64,000 nucleotides of DNA, from IMG/VR virus record IMGVR_UViG_3300027970_000018; one strand, 5' to 3'. Position numbers and translations under genes: made by a program. This DNA comes from an uncultured virus (IMG/VR IMGVR_UViG_3300027970_000018) (lineage: Duplodnaviria; Heunggongvirae; Uroviricota; Caudoviricetes). The notes below the pieces were generated by a model, which saw nothing but the letters and a program-made list of their open reading frames with translations, ran no database searches and was not told where the DNA came from. Each line of letters starts with the position of its first letter. Position 1 is the stretch's first letter. Of this stretch, positions 18,748-29,753 are shown one piece after another.

Positions 18748-21700
18748 CTATTGGTTATAAAAGTCTCTTTCGTCCGTTGCAAATCTGAACAGCATTTTGT
18801 ACCTAGATTCCGCATCTTGAATTAAACGTACAAGGAAATAATCTCCTCTTAGATAGTCTTTGTATCCTGCGGTGTAGTCAAGCAGTCTGTGGTCAAGCAT
18901 TTTGTAAATCTGTGGGCAGTCTTCTCTCCAAATTGGAATACCTGCTCTTTCATTTTTTACGATATTGTACAAGTAGTTAAATGACCATTTGTGATTTAAC
19001 TCTGTCTGTAATACTTCTATCGAATTTGTATTGTAGGTTGGGTACTGAAGTAACTGTCTCATATCATCATCCTGTTGACGGACTAATTCTAGTTGTCCAG
19101 TGTTTTGGAATGAGTTGTAGATAACAGCTTTATTAAATCCATTTGAAACTACATCGGTGAAATTATACTTGTCATAGTATTTTCTAATATCTAACCAATA
19201 TTCAATCGCATCTAATCTCGAAGCAGTAAGTTTTGTATTGATTGGGTATTCAATTATCCAAGGATATAATTTTCCATAGAATACTTGATTTGAACTTAGG
19301 TAGGGGAAGTGGCTCCAAAGACCAAATTCATCTACATCAAATCTGTCATTAATTCCTGTTTGGAAATAACCATTATACGCCACGTAGTAGTTTGGAACAA
19401 ATGAGTAATAAGATATCCAACTTCTTAATACTGGGCTATACGCCACTGTCCAAGAACAAGATTTGAAGTAGTTAGTGTCTTTGAATGAGGGAGTTGTTAG
19501 GGGAACTAATTGAGTGTCCTCTTCGATACAATTATCTGGGCCAACATTAAAAAGCTCAAATATACTTCCATCTGGTATTGTAAATATACCAAAAGGACAT
19601 TCTGTGTCAGATGATAGGGTTGCCCAAATAGTTACTCCAGAATCATCTGGAGTAACTATCCACTCACTTCCTGTCCAAATTATTAAAACTCCTCCAACAA
19701 TAAAAACATTCTTTCCATTAACAACCTCTCCTCTGACCCCTATCTTTGTACCAGGTACGTCCCCTTTAATTTGGTAAACTGTGATTACCGTGTCACAACT
19801 ACAATCACCATCTCTGTGGAAAACTAGGTTTGCTCCCTTTATTCCTTCATACGTATAGCCATCTGCCACATACTCTGCGATTACATCTTCGTAGCCATTT
19901 GTTTGGTAGATTTCATTGTTAAAGTAAAGTAGGTTGTTTGAGATAGGAATATAATCCATTTTTGTTACAAATAGACGTTTGAATCTGTCATCCCACATCA
20001 TTGTTAATCCTACTCCTTTGTAATTATTATCTATATTGTAAGTTGGATAATATTGAAGTATTTTGAATGGTAAATTTTCTTTAAACCATTTTTCTAACCC
20101 ATCATTTACAAATTCAGTTGGTTTACTTACCTCGTTCATTTCTTTTCCATTTGGTGCTAGTTGGAATATTTTTCCTCTTTTAGCATCTGCCCAGAAATGT
20201 CCATACTCACAACTAACCAATATGTTGTGTTGTGTTCCGGCGTGTCCCAAATCTGTTACGTTGAAATTCACTGGTCTTCCCGCAAAGATACCGCCATTCC
20301 CAAGGTTCTGAGTATCTGGTGTTAACCTATCTCGAATCTGATCGATTGCACCGTAGATTGTAAATCCATTTGTAAATCGTGCCATCAGCTGCATCGACTC
20401 CAATCCTACTACGGAAATTAAATCTCCATAAGATTTGCTAAAGTCAAATGTATCAAGTGCTTTATACCTTAACCAAGGCGAATATCTATCTGTTTGAGAA
20501 ACATCTTGAGAAGAGTAGATTACTACGTTTGACAAATCATTTAATTTATCATAGACTTCTCTCGAATAGTCAAGAGGAAGTATTCTGTATGGATAATAAC
20601 TGTGTCCAAGTGAATAGACTTTGTTATAGAAATAGGTGTTCGGTTGTCTTATTGGTACATTTTCCTCTTGAGTTAATTCAATTATATCTTGTTTGTTTGG
20701 ATAAAAATCCTCGTGCTTCTCTCTCTTTGCGTAGCGGAAATTACAGTTGATTTCTGACTCTACTAAAAAGTAAGGGATTCCGTAAGAGTATAAATAGAAT
20801 TTTGCTGGAGGATTGATGTAATACAAAGATGCAAACGTAGTTCCAGTGAATCCGTCTAATTGGTATTTAGATTTCTTCGTTGGAAAGCTGTATGATACCC
20901 ATGCTACATCATCCATTATTTCATAGTCTATGAAATATCTGAAAGGGTTTGTAGGATTATCTGGGTTAATGTTGAAATAGTCTGAATATTTGAAAGGTGT
21001 TAGTGGTGCTAGTCCAAAGGCTGTCGTTCTAAAGAATGGTAACTTCCTTTTTAACGAAAATCTAGAGATAAATACATCTAATCCAAAAGCTGCATCACAA
21101 TCTGTACCTCCATTTAAGCTACCACAAAATCCCGTGTTTATCCAACTAACGGAATCAATTGAACCATACTGTGCTGGACTGTATTGTTTTAACGAAGCAT
21201 AAGGGCTTGCTGCATTTCCAACAATTTTTGTTGACTTTCCTTTTACTGTTGGTGCGGCTCTCCTTGATGCATTATTTGGATTAAACAACGTATTGTCGTG
21301 CGAAATATAGTCTGCTGGGTAATTAATATTATATGCACCAGTTCTTACAGCTACTGTATATTCTCTGTCTAATTGGTTTACTCGGTAAGCGGTTGGTGTT
21401 GTACCTACTTCCTCAGCTACTTCTAAGAATCCTTCTTTAATATAAGTGCTTACTGTAAGCCCTCTTGTAATTTGGTGTTGTACAGAGTTTGGTTTAAATA
21501 AGTTGTAGTGTCCTAAAGCTGCTTGGTAGTATGCAAAGTTTTGGGGTTGCCCAAGATTACGGTAAGTTTCTAACCATCTATATCGGTACTCTCCCCACTT
21601 GAGTAGGATTGGATACACAATAGCTGCTACTGCTGCTGCTGCTAATGCTCCTGAAACTGGTACAGACAACCCACCTGTTCCTCCTAACACTAACCAATCA

Positions 21701-24700
21701 CTTGATTGCAATAATAATTCAAATGCAACTTCTAATGATGCTAATGATGCTGCTTTGAAATAAGCATCTTGACTTAATAGTACATAAGTTGGATGATCTC
21801 TTACTTCATCAAAATAGCTTGCAGAATTTCCAAACATATATCCTTCCACTCGCATCTCTCTTGGAAGTGTCGGTTTTTCAAAATGTATGTCTGGAGAATG
21901 GAATGTAAAGAAGTTGTTGCCAGTGCTTGAAAACGGATGGATTAATAGTCCGTTTTGATAATCAATTCCAAGAGAATTTAATGGGTAATTTGAGTAGTAT
22001 ACGTCTTCTTGAGTTGGAGGTTGTGTTACAAAATTATTTTCTCGATACTTCATCATATCAAATAATAACCCTTTTGCTATAACTGACTTTTGAGTTCTTC
22101 TGTCTCCTCTAAATATTTCGTAGCTTACTATTTTGCTCCTTTCCAAAGGTGTTAGCAAACCATTTGTTACCGCTATGTCTAGGAATGCGTTGATTACTTC
22201 GACCGGTAGGTGGAATCCGATTGGGTAGATAACAGAGTTTTGGAAATCTCCTAAACTCTGGGTGCCGTAAGACATGAATGGTGCTACGGTATTGTCTGGG
22301 TACTTGAAGTGTCTAATTGGTTTATCTCTAAAATCTGTATCTGTTAACAAGATATAGTTTCCATCTGAATCTAAAGATGGTGCGACACTTCCTCCAGTTA
22401 CATAATAGTCTTCAAACTTTGTCCTATAAGCGGTTGGTATATCCGATGGTTGTATTTTTAAAACAGAAGAATCAAACAACTCTTTGTTACAAGGGTATAC
22501 TTCTGTCGATTCTACATAAGCAAACTCCCCTTTTTTGTAAGGGACTGCCTCGCAGTTTCCAAGAACGGGCTGGCTAAATTCACAAATTGATTTCCATATC
22601 TGTTTTTTACCAAAAGTTAAATCTGTGTATTCAATCAGTGTAGATGTCTCAATATCCCTTTGAAACACGGAAAAACAATTGCAAGGTGGAGTCAATGTGT
22701 TTATTTGTGTACCACCTATTTTTCTAGAGCTCATGGACGTATCTATTGTGATATAAACTGTTCCACTTGTTCCTCCAAAATCAGATGCTTGTAATTCCAT
22801 TCTGTGATTAACAGACGGAGTAAAAATATTGTCTATAATGTTTCCGTAGGTAGAGACGCTTGCTGTCGAAGAACAATTTGTAAAAGCAAGTAGGCGTAGT
22901 GAAACACCGTTGTTGTCATCAGATATACTGCAGTTTGGAACACCTACTTCAAAAATAACTTTACTTCTTCCATTAAAGTTTATCTTATACCATATAGCGT
23001 TAGAGTGCAAATTGTTTGTTAAAGATGCGTTGTAATAATCTCCAGCTAATGTACCAGTCAGTGTTGTTGTTTCTGATATCAAATATCCAGGATAATCCCC
23101 TGTAAAATAAAGTACACCTGAAACTGCAATAACAACTAATCCTGTATCGGTTAAAATATCTGCTGCGTGTGTTGTCACAAATAATGCAGCGGTAGATGTT
23201 AATGTACCTGCCCAGCTTAATCCGTAAGTAAAAGAACCTAGTTGTAAATCAGCTGTACCGCTCGATCCTAAGAGTGTAACTTGAAAAACTGATTTAGTTG
23301 TAGTTGTTGTTCGACTATCTTGTAAGGTTGCAAAAGTGGTTGCCTCTCCCTTGTTTACTAAAAAGTTTGAGTTGTCAGATTGTGGGTCAGTAAGTGGTAA
23401 TACTTCTGTTGTATTTGCACAACTGTTGTTTATAGGGATAAGGCGTTTGTATACGATTTCTCCTGAATCCATAAAACTCGTTTCAAAAGCGGTGTCTCTT
23501 TCAATATTCCCAGTAGTTGTCTCTATTGAGAAAATATTGCAAGATGTCGAATTTGCAACTACTGGGGTATAATCTTCTAAAGGTTTTTCTACTTGACTTA
23601 CTGTTTGAGACTCAACAGATATTGGAAACATCTCTTCTGATACCAACTCTATATCTTCTGAACAATTGTCTCCGAAGTAAGGTGTACAACTTTCTGTATA
23701 TTCAGATGGGTCATCAAGTATATCTCGTATATCTGCTCCGTTTGCATCCGAACCATTTATTATCTGCTGGGTGTTTGCTGCGATGTAGGTTATAATGTCT
23801 GTTGTCCCATCTGGCACAATCAGTGAAGATGATGTTATGGTGTCTAATACCATAATATCTCCCTCTCCTTCGGTTACATAACAACCTGATTCAACTTCTT
23901 TTTCAACTGTAATAGTTTCAATATTTGAGCCTTCGACTAAGCAGTCATCTGTTTCAAATGCGGTATTCTCAAACTGCCATCGATACTTTCTGTTGTTACC
24001 AAAACACTCTGGATTGTACTCAAGGACTGAACTTGTTTCTGCGTTCTCTGGGTAATCTTCCGAACCAACTTCGTCCACCTCATTTCCAATTGCTGGTCGT
24101 GCAATAAGTGGAATTAAAGGTAATTCATATCCACCTAACATTTGAAACTTAATCCCATAAGGATAAACCTCATCTCGCATACCTGATTGGTAATTGGAGA
24201 TTGAAATTCCATCTTCGTATAAATCTTCTTTTGCTTGGTAAGTGGACCACTGTGCCATTGCACCAAGTAAATTGGCAATAGGTTGGAGATTTATTGTCCT
24301 CTGTGTTTTAAGTCCGTACTGGTATAAACAGTCGTTTGCAACTGTCATACCTTTTGCACGGTCATAAAAAGGTCGTCTACTGATTACTCGTTGCATATCC
24401 ATAACTTCTTTGTTTGTGAAGTCATAGATTGTTATTGTAGTTTGATTAATTGGATAAACCCCGTAGTTGTAGACAGTGGTTGCAGCATCTAATCCGCTCC
24501 TGTGGATTACTACAATTTTAAAATACTCAAAATTTTTATCAAGCCCTATCACATCAATTGCGATAGCTTGGCTTGTTTTGTATCCCAACAAACTTTGGTC
24601 CAATACAAGGTTGTTCTTGTCAAAGATTGGAATTGGATTTGTTATTGCAAAGTAATCTGAAAGCTCATTTCCATTAAAATCTGAGTGAGCAATCAATACT

Positions 24701-25434
24701 TCATTTGTACCTGCTGGTAAATTACCCCCACTTTGAATTATTCTTGGGAATAGGCAAGGAATTTCGTGTAATGGGAATACTCGCATCTTCTCACAGTCAA
24801 GGCAGATATCGGTTGTTGTATCATCACAGTTATCTATACTACTTGTATAATTATCAATATTATCTATATCAATGTACCGTTGCGGATTTCTTAGATGAGC
24901 AAACCATAGTGTTCTGCCCGTTTTTCCGTGTTTGATGTGAATGTTGTTTGGGTGGATTGGGTCATCAATTGAAAAGTTTAAACAACCGCTTCCTGTCTGG
25001 CTACCACTATTACATAAGTCAGATACCAATGTTGTATAGACACACGAAGCTACTTGAGGTTCTTGCTCAAGTGGAGTCTCTAAAACAACTCGAATATTTC
25101 CATCAACCACTTCCTCTACTGGAGAATTGATTAGTGCTTCTTGAATACTTTCTATGTAACCTATTTCTGAGAACCCTGTTGTAGGATTTGTCAAGAAGAA
25201 AAATGTTTGTTCTGATACCACATCGTACTTGTGTCCAACAACAACATACCCATTTTTGAACCCAGTACATTTTACGTTTGAGCCTTCATTTTGAAGCACA
25301 ACTTTCCCGGTCCCATGTTCATCGTGGAAATTAGTGTTGAGTGCAAAAGAGTATTCTTCTTTTGTCAACTCAAATGGTGCAGTATCTCTGTTCATTCCCT
25401 TTTTAGGAACGGACATATCTTTGTTTAATGCCAT
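18748..25434 (-). CDS. Tail stabilisation / muzzle protein (2228 aa), crAss-like
   Basis: N-terminal KGMNRD..YSFALN..LQNE, GMRDEVYPYGI, FHSPD, GHAGTQH..FWADAKRGKIF, WTVAYSP..WISYYSFVP motifs; follows the tail tubular/ring gene. Confidence 0.8.
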   Translation of the reverse strand: MALNKDMSVPKKGMNRDTAPFELTKEEYSFALNTNFHDEHGTGKVVLQNEGSNVKCTGFKNGYVVVGHKYDVVSEQTFFFLTNPTTGFSEIGYIESIQEALINSPVEEVVDGNIRVVLETPLEQEPQVASCVYTTLVSDLCNSGSQTGSGCLNFSIDDPIHPNNIHIKHGKTGRTLWFAHLRNPQRYIDIDNIDNYTSSIDNCDDTTTDICLDCEKMRVFPLHEIPCLFPRIIQSGGNLPAGTNEVLIAHSDFNGNELSDYFAITNPIPIFDKNNLVLDQSLLGYKTSQAIAIDVIGLDKNFEYFKIVVIHRSGLDAATTVYNYGVYPINQTTITIYDFTNKEVMDMQRVISRRPFYDRAKGMTVANDCLYQYGLKTQRTINLQPIANLLGAMAQWSTYQAKEDLYEDGISISNYQSGMRDEVYPYGIKFQMLGGYELPLIPLIARPAIGNEVDEVGSEDYPENAETSSVLEYNPECFGNNRKYRWQFENTAFETDDCLVEGSNIETITVEKEVESGCYVTEGEGDIMVLDTITSSSLIVPDGTTDIITYIAANTQQIINGSDANGADIRDILDDPSEYTESCTPYFGDNCSEDIELVSEEMFPISVESQTVSQVEKPLEDYTPVVANSTSCNIFSIETTTGNIERDTAFETSFMDSGEIVYKRLIPINNSCANTTEVLPLTDPQSDNSNFLVNKGEATTFATLQDSRTTTTTKSVFQVTLLGSSGTADLQLGSFTYGLSWAGTLTSTAALFVTTHAADILTDTGLVVIAVSGVLYFTGDYPGYLISETTTLTGTLAGDYYNASLTNNLHSNAIWYKINFNGRSKVIFEVGVPNCSISDDNNGVSLRLLAFTNCSSTASVSTYGNIIDNIFTPSVNHRMELQASDFGGTSGTVYITIDTSMSSRKIGGTQINTLTPPCNCFSVFQRDIETSTLIEYTDLTFGKKQIWKSICEFSQPVLGNCEAVPYKKGEFAYVESTEVYPCNKELFDSSVLKIQPSDIPTAYRTKFEDYYVTGGSVAPSLDSDGNYILLTDTDFRDKPIRHFKYPDNTVAPFMSYGTQSLGDFQNSVIYPIGFHLPVEVINAFLDIAVTNGLLTPLERSKIVSYEIFRGDRRTQKSVIAKGLLFDMMKYRENNFVTQPPTQEDVYYSNYPLNSLGIDYQNGLLIHPFSSTGNNFFTFHSPDIHFEKPTLPREMRVEGYMFGNSASYFDEVRDHPTYVLLSQDAYFKAASLASLEVAFELLLQSSDWLVLGGTGGLSVPVSGALAAAAVAAIVYPILLKWGEYRYRWLETYRNLGQPQNFAYYQAALGHYNLFKPNSVQHQITRGLTVSTYIKEGFLEVAEEVGTTPTAYRVNQLDREYTVAVRTGAYNINYPADYISHDNTLFNPNNASRRAAPTVKGKSTKIVGNAASPYASLKQYSPAQYGSIDSVSWINTGFCGSLNGGTDCDAAFGLDVFISRFSLKRKLPFFRTTAFGLAPLTPFKYSDYFNINPDNPTNPFRYFIDYEIMDDVAWVSYSFPTKKSKYQLDGFTGTTFASLYYINPPAKFYLYSYGIPYFLVESEINCNFRYAKREKHEDFYPNKQDIIELTQEENVPIRQPNTYFYNKVYSLGHSYYPYRILPLDYSREVYDKLNDLSNVVIYSSQDVSQTDRYSPWLRYKALDTFDFSKSYGDLISVVGLESMQLMARFTNGFTIYGAIDQIRDRLTPDTQNLGNGGIFAGRPVNFNVTDLGHAGTQHNILVSCEYGHFWADAKRGKIFQLAPNGKEMNEVSKPTEFVNDGLEKWFKENLPFKILQYYPTYNIDNNYKGVGLTMMWDDRFKRLFVTKMDYIPISNNLLYFNNEIYQTNGYEDVIAEYVADGYTYEGIKGANLVFHRDGDCSCDTVITVYQIKGDVPGTKIGVRGEVVNGKNVFIVGGVLIIWTGSEWIVTPDDSGVTIWATLSSDTECPFGIFTIPDGSIFELFNVGPDNCIEEDTQLVPLTTPSFKDTNYFKSCSWTVAYSPVLRSWISYYSFVPNYYVAYNGYFQTGINDRFDVDEFGLWSHFPYLSSNQVFYGKLYPWIIEYPINTKLTASRLDAIEYWLDIRKYYDKYNFTDVVSNGFNKAVIYNSFQNTGQLELVRQQDDDMRQLLQYPTYNTNSIEVLQTELNHKWSFNYLYNIVKNERAGIPIWREDCPQIYKMLDHRLLDYTAGYKDYLRGDYFLVRLIQDAESRYKMLFRFATDERDFYNQ

Positions 25435-26294
25435 ACTGGAATTTCTACTTCAAACGTTAATATTTCTTCTCGGTTTCTAATCATCATTTTACGAAGCTCT
25501 CTTGGAGTAAGTTTAGTCATTTTCAATTCATTAACTGCTCTTCTCAAAGCTAAGGACTCTTCTTGCTTATAGATTGGATACATAGTTTGTAGCCCTAAAG
25601 CGTCATTGTTTCCAATTAATCTTTCTGCAGTACGTCTTTTCAAGTAGTACTCAATGTATGTGTCCAAGTGTCCGTTTGCGGTTTCAGGTACATCTAAGAA
25701 TCCCTCTTCATCTACTGGAAGTCCTTTGTACTGGATGTAAACTGTTCCCTTGCTAAAATTAGTTTGGAGTTTTCTTCTGTTAATAATATTTATTTCGTGT
25801 GGATTTTCTATTCGGTAATTATTCAAGCAACTCGTAGCGCACACTGATTTTTCAAACCCCTTTGTTAAGCGAAGTATTCTTGGATTCTTATAGGTAAATG
25901 TGACACTTCCTGAGTCGAAATATACGTTCTCTCGGATAACTTTCTCTGTACGTTCTTTACAACAAGAATCACACTCATTCCAGGCATCGCTTAACTCTAC
26001 TCGTTCTGTATAAAATACTGAGTTCAATAGAGTGTGATGCTCAATATTTGACCTTTGATAGTAATCGGGCTCACATTCCAATGCCATTCTTAAACTAAAA
26101 AATTGATCGGGTAATTGTCCCAAACCATTTTTTATTTCCACAAACGCTTCTTGGTCCGTACAAATGTCGTTTCCAAATCGTTTCAAAGCAGAAATCGCAT
26201 CTGAATACAATTCATTCTCGTCTATAAGTCCTGCGTCTGCATACTTATTAAGGTCTCTGAGTACCTGTGATGTTATAGTATCTATATTAGGCAT
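25425..26294 (-). CDS. Tail tubular / ring (gatekeeper) protein
   Basis: Synteny IHF-ring-muzzle; LQTNFSKGTVYIQYKGLPVDEEGFLDVP motif; start trimmed to ATG at 26294. Confidence 0.7.
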   Translation of the reverse strand: MPNIDTITSQVLRDLNKYADAGLIDENELYSDAISALKRFGNDICTDQEAFVEIKNGLGQLPDQFFSLRMALECEPDYYQRSNIEHHTLLNSVFYTERVELSDAWNECDSCCKERTEKVIRENVYFDSGSVTFTYKNPRILRLTKGFEKSVCATSCLNNYRIENPHEINIINRRKLQTNFSKGTVYIQYKGLPVDEEGFLDVPETANGHLDTYIEYYLKRRTAERLIGNNDALGLQTMYPIYKQEESLALRRAVNELKMTKLTPRELRKMMIRNREEILTFEVEIPVWH

Positions 26295-26826
26295 CTTGTA
26301 ATTTTCTTGAGCGTCCAATTGGTTTGTCTACATATTGAGACATCCCTAACATTTTTCTTAGTGTGAATGGATAAATTTTATACTTCTTTCCATTTCTTAT
26401 ATTAGCTTTTACTGTGTCTTTTATCTCTTCTGCATACTGGTGGCTCATCGACCAAAGCTTAAACAAACCATCTGATTCATTGGGTAGGAATAGCATTGTG
26501 ATACGTTGTTTCCCTAAATCCCTAGATAACTTCCTTGGTACAATTCTCTCCTCTTTCTTTACAAACGTAATGTTATGCCCTTTAGATACGTGTACACAAA
26601 AGTAGCCAAATCCCTTAATCATAACCCCGCCTGTTCTGTTTATCAATTGCTCTTTAATCTCTTTAAAGATAGCCATTATTATTTTAAACACTGTTGTAAT
26701 AGGTGGAATATTTTTCGGTTTAACATGTTTGGACCTACAATACGAGCGAAAAGGTTTGTACAACGTAAAGTTGCTAAACGGTATTCCCTCATCCGTAATC
26801 CTAACAGTCTTTTTATTCGATGGCAT
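26287..26826 (-). CDS. IHF/HU-like DNA-binding protein
   Basis: Basic protein with IIMAIFKEIKEQLI..GVMIKGFGYF pattern, located between ring genes as in crAss-like phages. Confidence 0.6.
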   Translation of the reverse strand: MPSNKKTVRITDEGIPFSNFTLYKPFRSYCRSKHVKPKNIPPITTVFKIIMAIFKEIKEQLINRTGGVMIKGFGYFCVHVSKGHNITFVKKEERIVPRKLSRDLGKQRITMLFLPNESDGLFKLWSMSHQYAEEIKDTVKANIRNGKKYKIYPFTLRKMLGMSQYVDKPIGRSRKLQDA

Positions 26827-27524
26827 TACTCAGTTGTTTTTCCTTTCTGGTTTGAGTCCAAGTTCGGGTTTGTATCCTCAACAGAAGTTCTATAAATGTT
26901 TGCTAACTCAGCCAATGTATCTCTTGTAACTAAATCATAGAATCTGTCTGGGCAAACAAATGGATAATCCCAATAGCTTTGACAAATTTTCTGATCATCA
27001 CAACACGCACTTACTTTCTCAATCTCAAAAGTTTTAAGAGCAAACATTTGTATCGTAAGCATCTCTACTTCTGAATTTGGTAAGTAAATATACCCGTTCT
27101 GAATAAAGTAGTATTTCTCTGCGTTTCTTAAATGACGCATCTTCTTGATTTGCTTGTAGTTTCTAATGTTTGTATAATCAAAAACTCGGCTACCATCTAT
27201 TGATGAAACAGACAGTATTCCCGAACCCATTTTACCAAACAGTCCGTCTGGTAATTTTTTAGCGGATTTCATTACAGATTTACAATTAGGGACATCTACT
27301 AAGTCACATTCGATTAAGGGAACATTCTCCATCTCAAAGCAAGTGATTGTACTAATTATTCCGTCTTCTCTGAATAAAGTTAATTCATCTAGCTTCTGAC
27401 TCATCAAGAACTTAGCTTTATCCTGTCCTATGGAAAGAACAAGTCGTCTCGAAATCCTACCATCTTTAGTAAGACCTTTCAAGTCACCGATAATCCTTGA
27501 TACAAATTCTGCATTTGTTTTCAT
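26826..27524 (-). CDS. Tail ring / head-tail connector protein
   Basis: Synteny; DGRISRRLV, YYFIQNGYIYL, YWDYPF motifs. Confidence 0.6.
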   Translation of the reverse strand: MKTNAEFVSRIIGDLKGLTKDGRISRRLVLSIGQDKAKFLMSQKLDELTLFREDGIISTITCFEMENVPLIECDLVDVPNCKSVMKSAKKLPDGLFGKMGSGILSVSSIDGSRVFDYTNIRNYKQIKKMRHLRNAEKYYFIQNGYIYLPNSEVEMLTIQMFALKTFEIEKVSACCDDQKICQSYWDYPFVCPDRFYDLVTRDTLAELANIYRTSVEDTNPNLDSNQKGKTTE

Positions 27525-27528
27525 GTGT

Positions 27529-27536
27529 CAAATGTA
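27529..27536 (-). promoter_or_regulatory. Bacteroidota-type -7 promoter (TACATTTG), 4 nt before ATG
   Basis: Exact TAnnTTTG downstream of a terminator-like hairpin. Confidence 0.6.
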
Positions 27537-27580
27537 ATAACTTAAAAACCTTTCTCAAAAATAATAATACTAAAAGACAA

Positions 27581-27608
27581 TTCCCCAAAATCTTTCGACA
27601 ATGGGGAA
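27581..27608 (-). terminator. Probable intrinsic terminator
   Basis: TTCCCCA..TGGGGAA hairpin followed by T-rich sequence on the minus strand, after the 27645 gene. Confidence 0.5.
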
Positions 27609-27644
27609 TCGGAGAATGGTGGGAAAACCGATAAACCCGCCAAA

Positions 27645-29129
27645 TTATTTATCTACAGTTGTGTCGGATATTGGTCCTACTACTGTTGTTGCAATAACAC
27701 CATTATTGATATTTTTAGTAATATCTGTGGTTGTTGCACCAATACCGGTAATATCTCCATTGTTACTGTTATGTGTTATTTGTCCAGTATTTGCATTTGA
27801 AAATATTTCTCCGTTATTGTCGTTGTACGAAATGACCCCATCATTAGAATTATCTTTTATCCAACCTCTATTGCTATTGTATGATATGCTGCTTGAACAA
27901 GAGTTATTTCGTATATCTCCGCTATTTTTATTGTATATTATAAAATTAACAGCATTAGTGTTTAAAAGTATGTTTCCATTGTGGGAGTTAAAACTTATGT
28001 CTCCTATATTTGCATTTTGAATAATACCTCCATTGTTGTTATTATATGAAACATCCCCATCATTAGAGTTACCTTCTATTATGCCTATGTTAGAATTAAA
28101 AGAAACATCTCCGTTACAATCATTCGAGGATATGTCTCCTAAGTTTGAATTTCTTAGTACTTGTCCTGAATTAGTGTTTTCTAGTATTTCACCTACATTG
28201 TTATTCTCTGTTACTGAAGCTGTATTAGAAAATATTGTTCCTTCATTTGTATTTCCAATGACAACATAATTCTCATAAATCAAGTAGGATATTCTATTAG
28301 AGTATACAAAATAGGTATTATTAAATACTCCTGCTGCTACATTCTCAAATACAAAGTTTGAACCCCAATCTGAGATGTCAACTGGATTGTATGTAAATCC
28401 TAGGTCATCTGCATTTACCCAGGACATTCCAAACTCGTTATCTTTCCAGTCATATTGTTTTGCTACCCAATCGTTTGCGTGATCGTAGTGTACAAAAAAG
28501 CTTCTTGACTCATAATAAGTGGTATTTGTTGTAGGAATCAATTGCCAATTGGTTGCGTCTAAAGTTCTGTTATTAGTTGCTGTACCTACTGCTCCTGTTA
28601 GGCTTAACCAACACTTTCCTCCCCAAATTACAACATCATCAGTTGTAGGCGAAATTGTTGAATACCACACGCCAATACTAGGTGCAGTAGGGATATAATA
28701 AGCATGTTTGACTACACGCATTATACGCTGACCCTCTACTGAGAATAGATTTGTTGCAATACCTGTAATCATTATGTCTCTGTCGGTAATATAATATTTA
28801 GCACCTACTTCGACATCATTACCTGCTACAAGTGCTTGTGATTCAACATAAGTAAGTAACACTATTTTAGCTCCAGACAACTCTTGAAATTTTTCACACA
28901 AATAAGTAATGATACTTCTATTTATATCATCTTGTGTATCTTCTGTGTTTATAATAATGTCTGTACCACAAAGTACGTTACTTCCTAAGTGGTAAACACA
29001 TCTTGAATCTGTTACGCTTGTACAAGGATTTGGTTCTGGACAATTGTTCTCATTTTGAGGTGGCATAACTTGGGCTGCGTTACCACCACAGTTATCACAC
29101 TCTTCGCAATTTTTATTTGTTGTTATCAT
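27645..29129 (-). CDS. Tail fibre/spike-like protein with Cys-rich N-terminus and Asn-rich 9-aa repeat solenoid
   Basis: C-terminal NxNxGxIxx repeats; N-terminal Cys-rich segment resembles that of the neighbouring gene. Confidence 0.6.
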   Translation of the reverse strand: MITTNKNCEECDNCGGNAAQVMPPQNENNCPEPNPCTSVTDSRCVYHLGSNVLCGTDIIINTEDTQDDINRSIITYLCEKFQELSGAKIVLLTYVESQALVAGNDVEVGAKYYITDRDIMITGIATNLFSVEGQRIMRVVKHAYYIPTAPSIGVWYSTISPTTDDVVIWGGKCWLSLTGAVGTATNNRTLDATNWQLIPTTNTTYYESRSFFVHYDHANDWVAKQYDWKDNEFGMSWVNADDLGFTYNPVDISDWGSNFVFENVAAGVFNNTYFVYSNRISYLIYENYVVIGNTNEGTIFSNTASVTENNNVGEILENTNSGQVLRNSNLGDISSNDCNGDVSFNSNIGIIEGNSNDGDVSYNNNNGGIIQNANIGDISFNSHNGNILLNTNAVNFIIYNKNSGDIRNNSCSSSISYNSNRGWIKDNSNDGVISYNDNNGEIFSNANTGQITHNSNNGDITGIGATTTDITKNINNGVIATTVVGPISDTTVDK

Positions 29130-29141
29130 TTTCTTATTTTA

Positions 29142-29753
29142 TTAACCACAAAGAATTTCAATTATTAAAAATGTATCTGTTGCAATACAACCTTTACTGT
29201 CTGTTACTTTAACTCTTAACATACCCATTCGTGCTGCGTTATTTGTGCCACAAGCTGTAAAAGCAAGTTCATCTGCAGGTACAGAAGCAGTTCTTGTTAC
29301 GGTTGCTGTTGCAGCTGTTGGATTACTTGTTATTTGAAACAAACCATAGTTATCAGCGATGCTCCATTCATAAGTGTATGGTTCGGTTCCATTTTCTACA
29401 GTTACAGAATATGGTCCCTCTTGTGGAGTAATCTTTGCGTAAAGATTACAGCTTTCAGATGTTATTTGAATGTTACAAACCTTATCAATAAGTGCTTGGA
29501 ATAAATCCTGAAATGTGATGTCACAATCGTTGTCAAGGTCTAAACATTCAAGATTGTAGTTATCTGGAGAAAGGTCTGCGTATAAATTACAAAACTCTAT
29601 CCCAAGATTATAGACTACCTCTGTTACAGTTGCTCCTTTGCAAAGATTTAAGCAAGGGATATCTGGTCCTTCCCAAGTGATGCAGTTAGAAGATTGTGCG
29701 GTGCAAGTTCCTTTGTTTATGTTTAAAGGGACTGCTTTTATTTTTTTAGCCAT
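29142..29753 (-). CDS. Cys-rich tail protein with SprB/PKD-like repeat
   Basis: SSNCITWEGPDIPCLNLCKG N-terminus; VTVENGTEPYTYEWS...VKVTDSKGC resembles the SprB repeat consensus. Confidence 0.55.
   Translation of the reverse strand: MAKKIKAVPLNINKGTCTAQSSNCITWEGPDIPCLNLCKGATVTEVVYNLGIEFCNLYADLSPDNYNLECLDLDNDCDITFQDLFQALIDKVCNIQITSESCNLYAKITPQEGPYSVTVENGTEPYTYEWSIADNYGLFQITSNPTAATATVTRTASVPADELAFTACGTNNAARMGMLRVKVTDSKGCIATDTFLIIEILCG

Noticed and set aside
27740..28270. Diversity-generating retroelement target in the Asn-rich fibre
   Set aside because: No reverse transcriptase and no near-identical template repeat visible in this window; cannot be excluded elsewhere in the genome.
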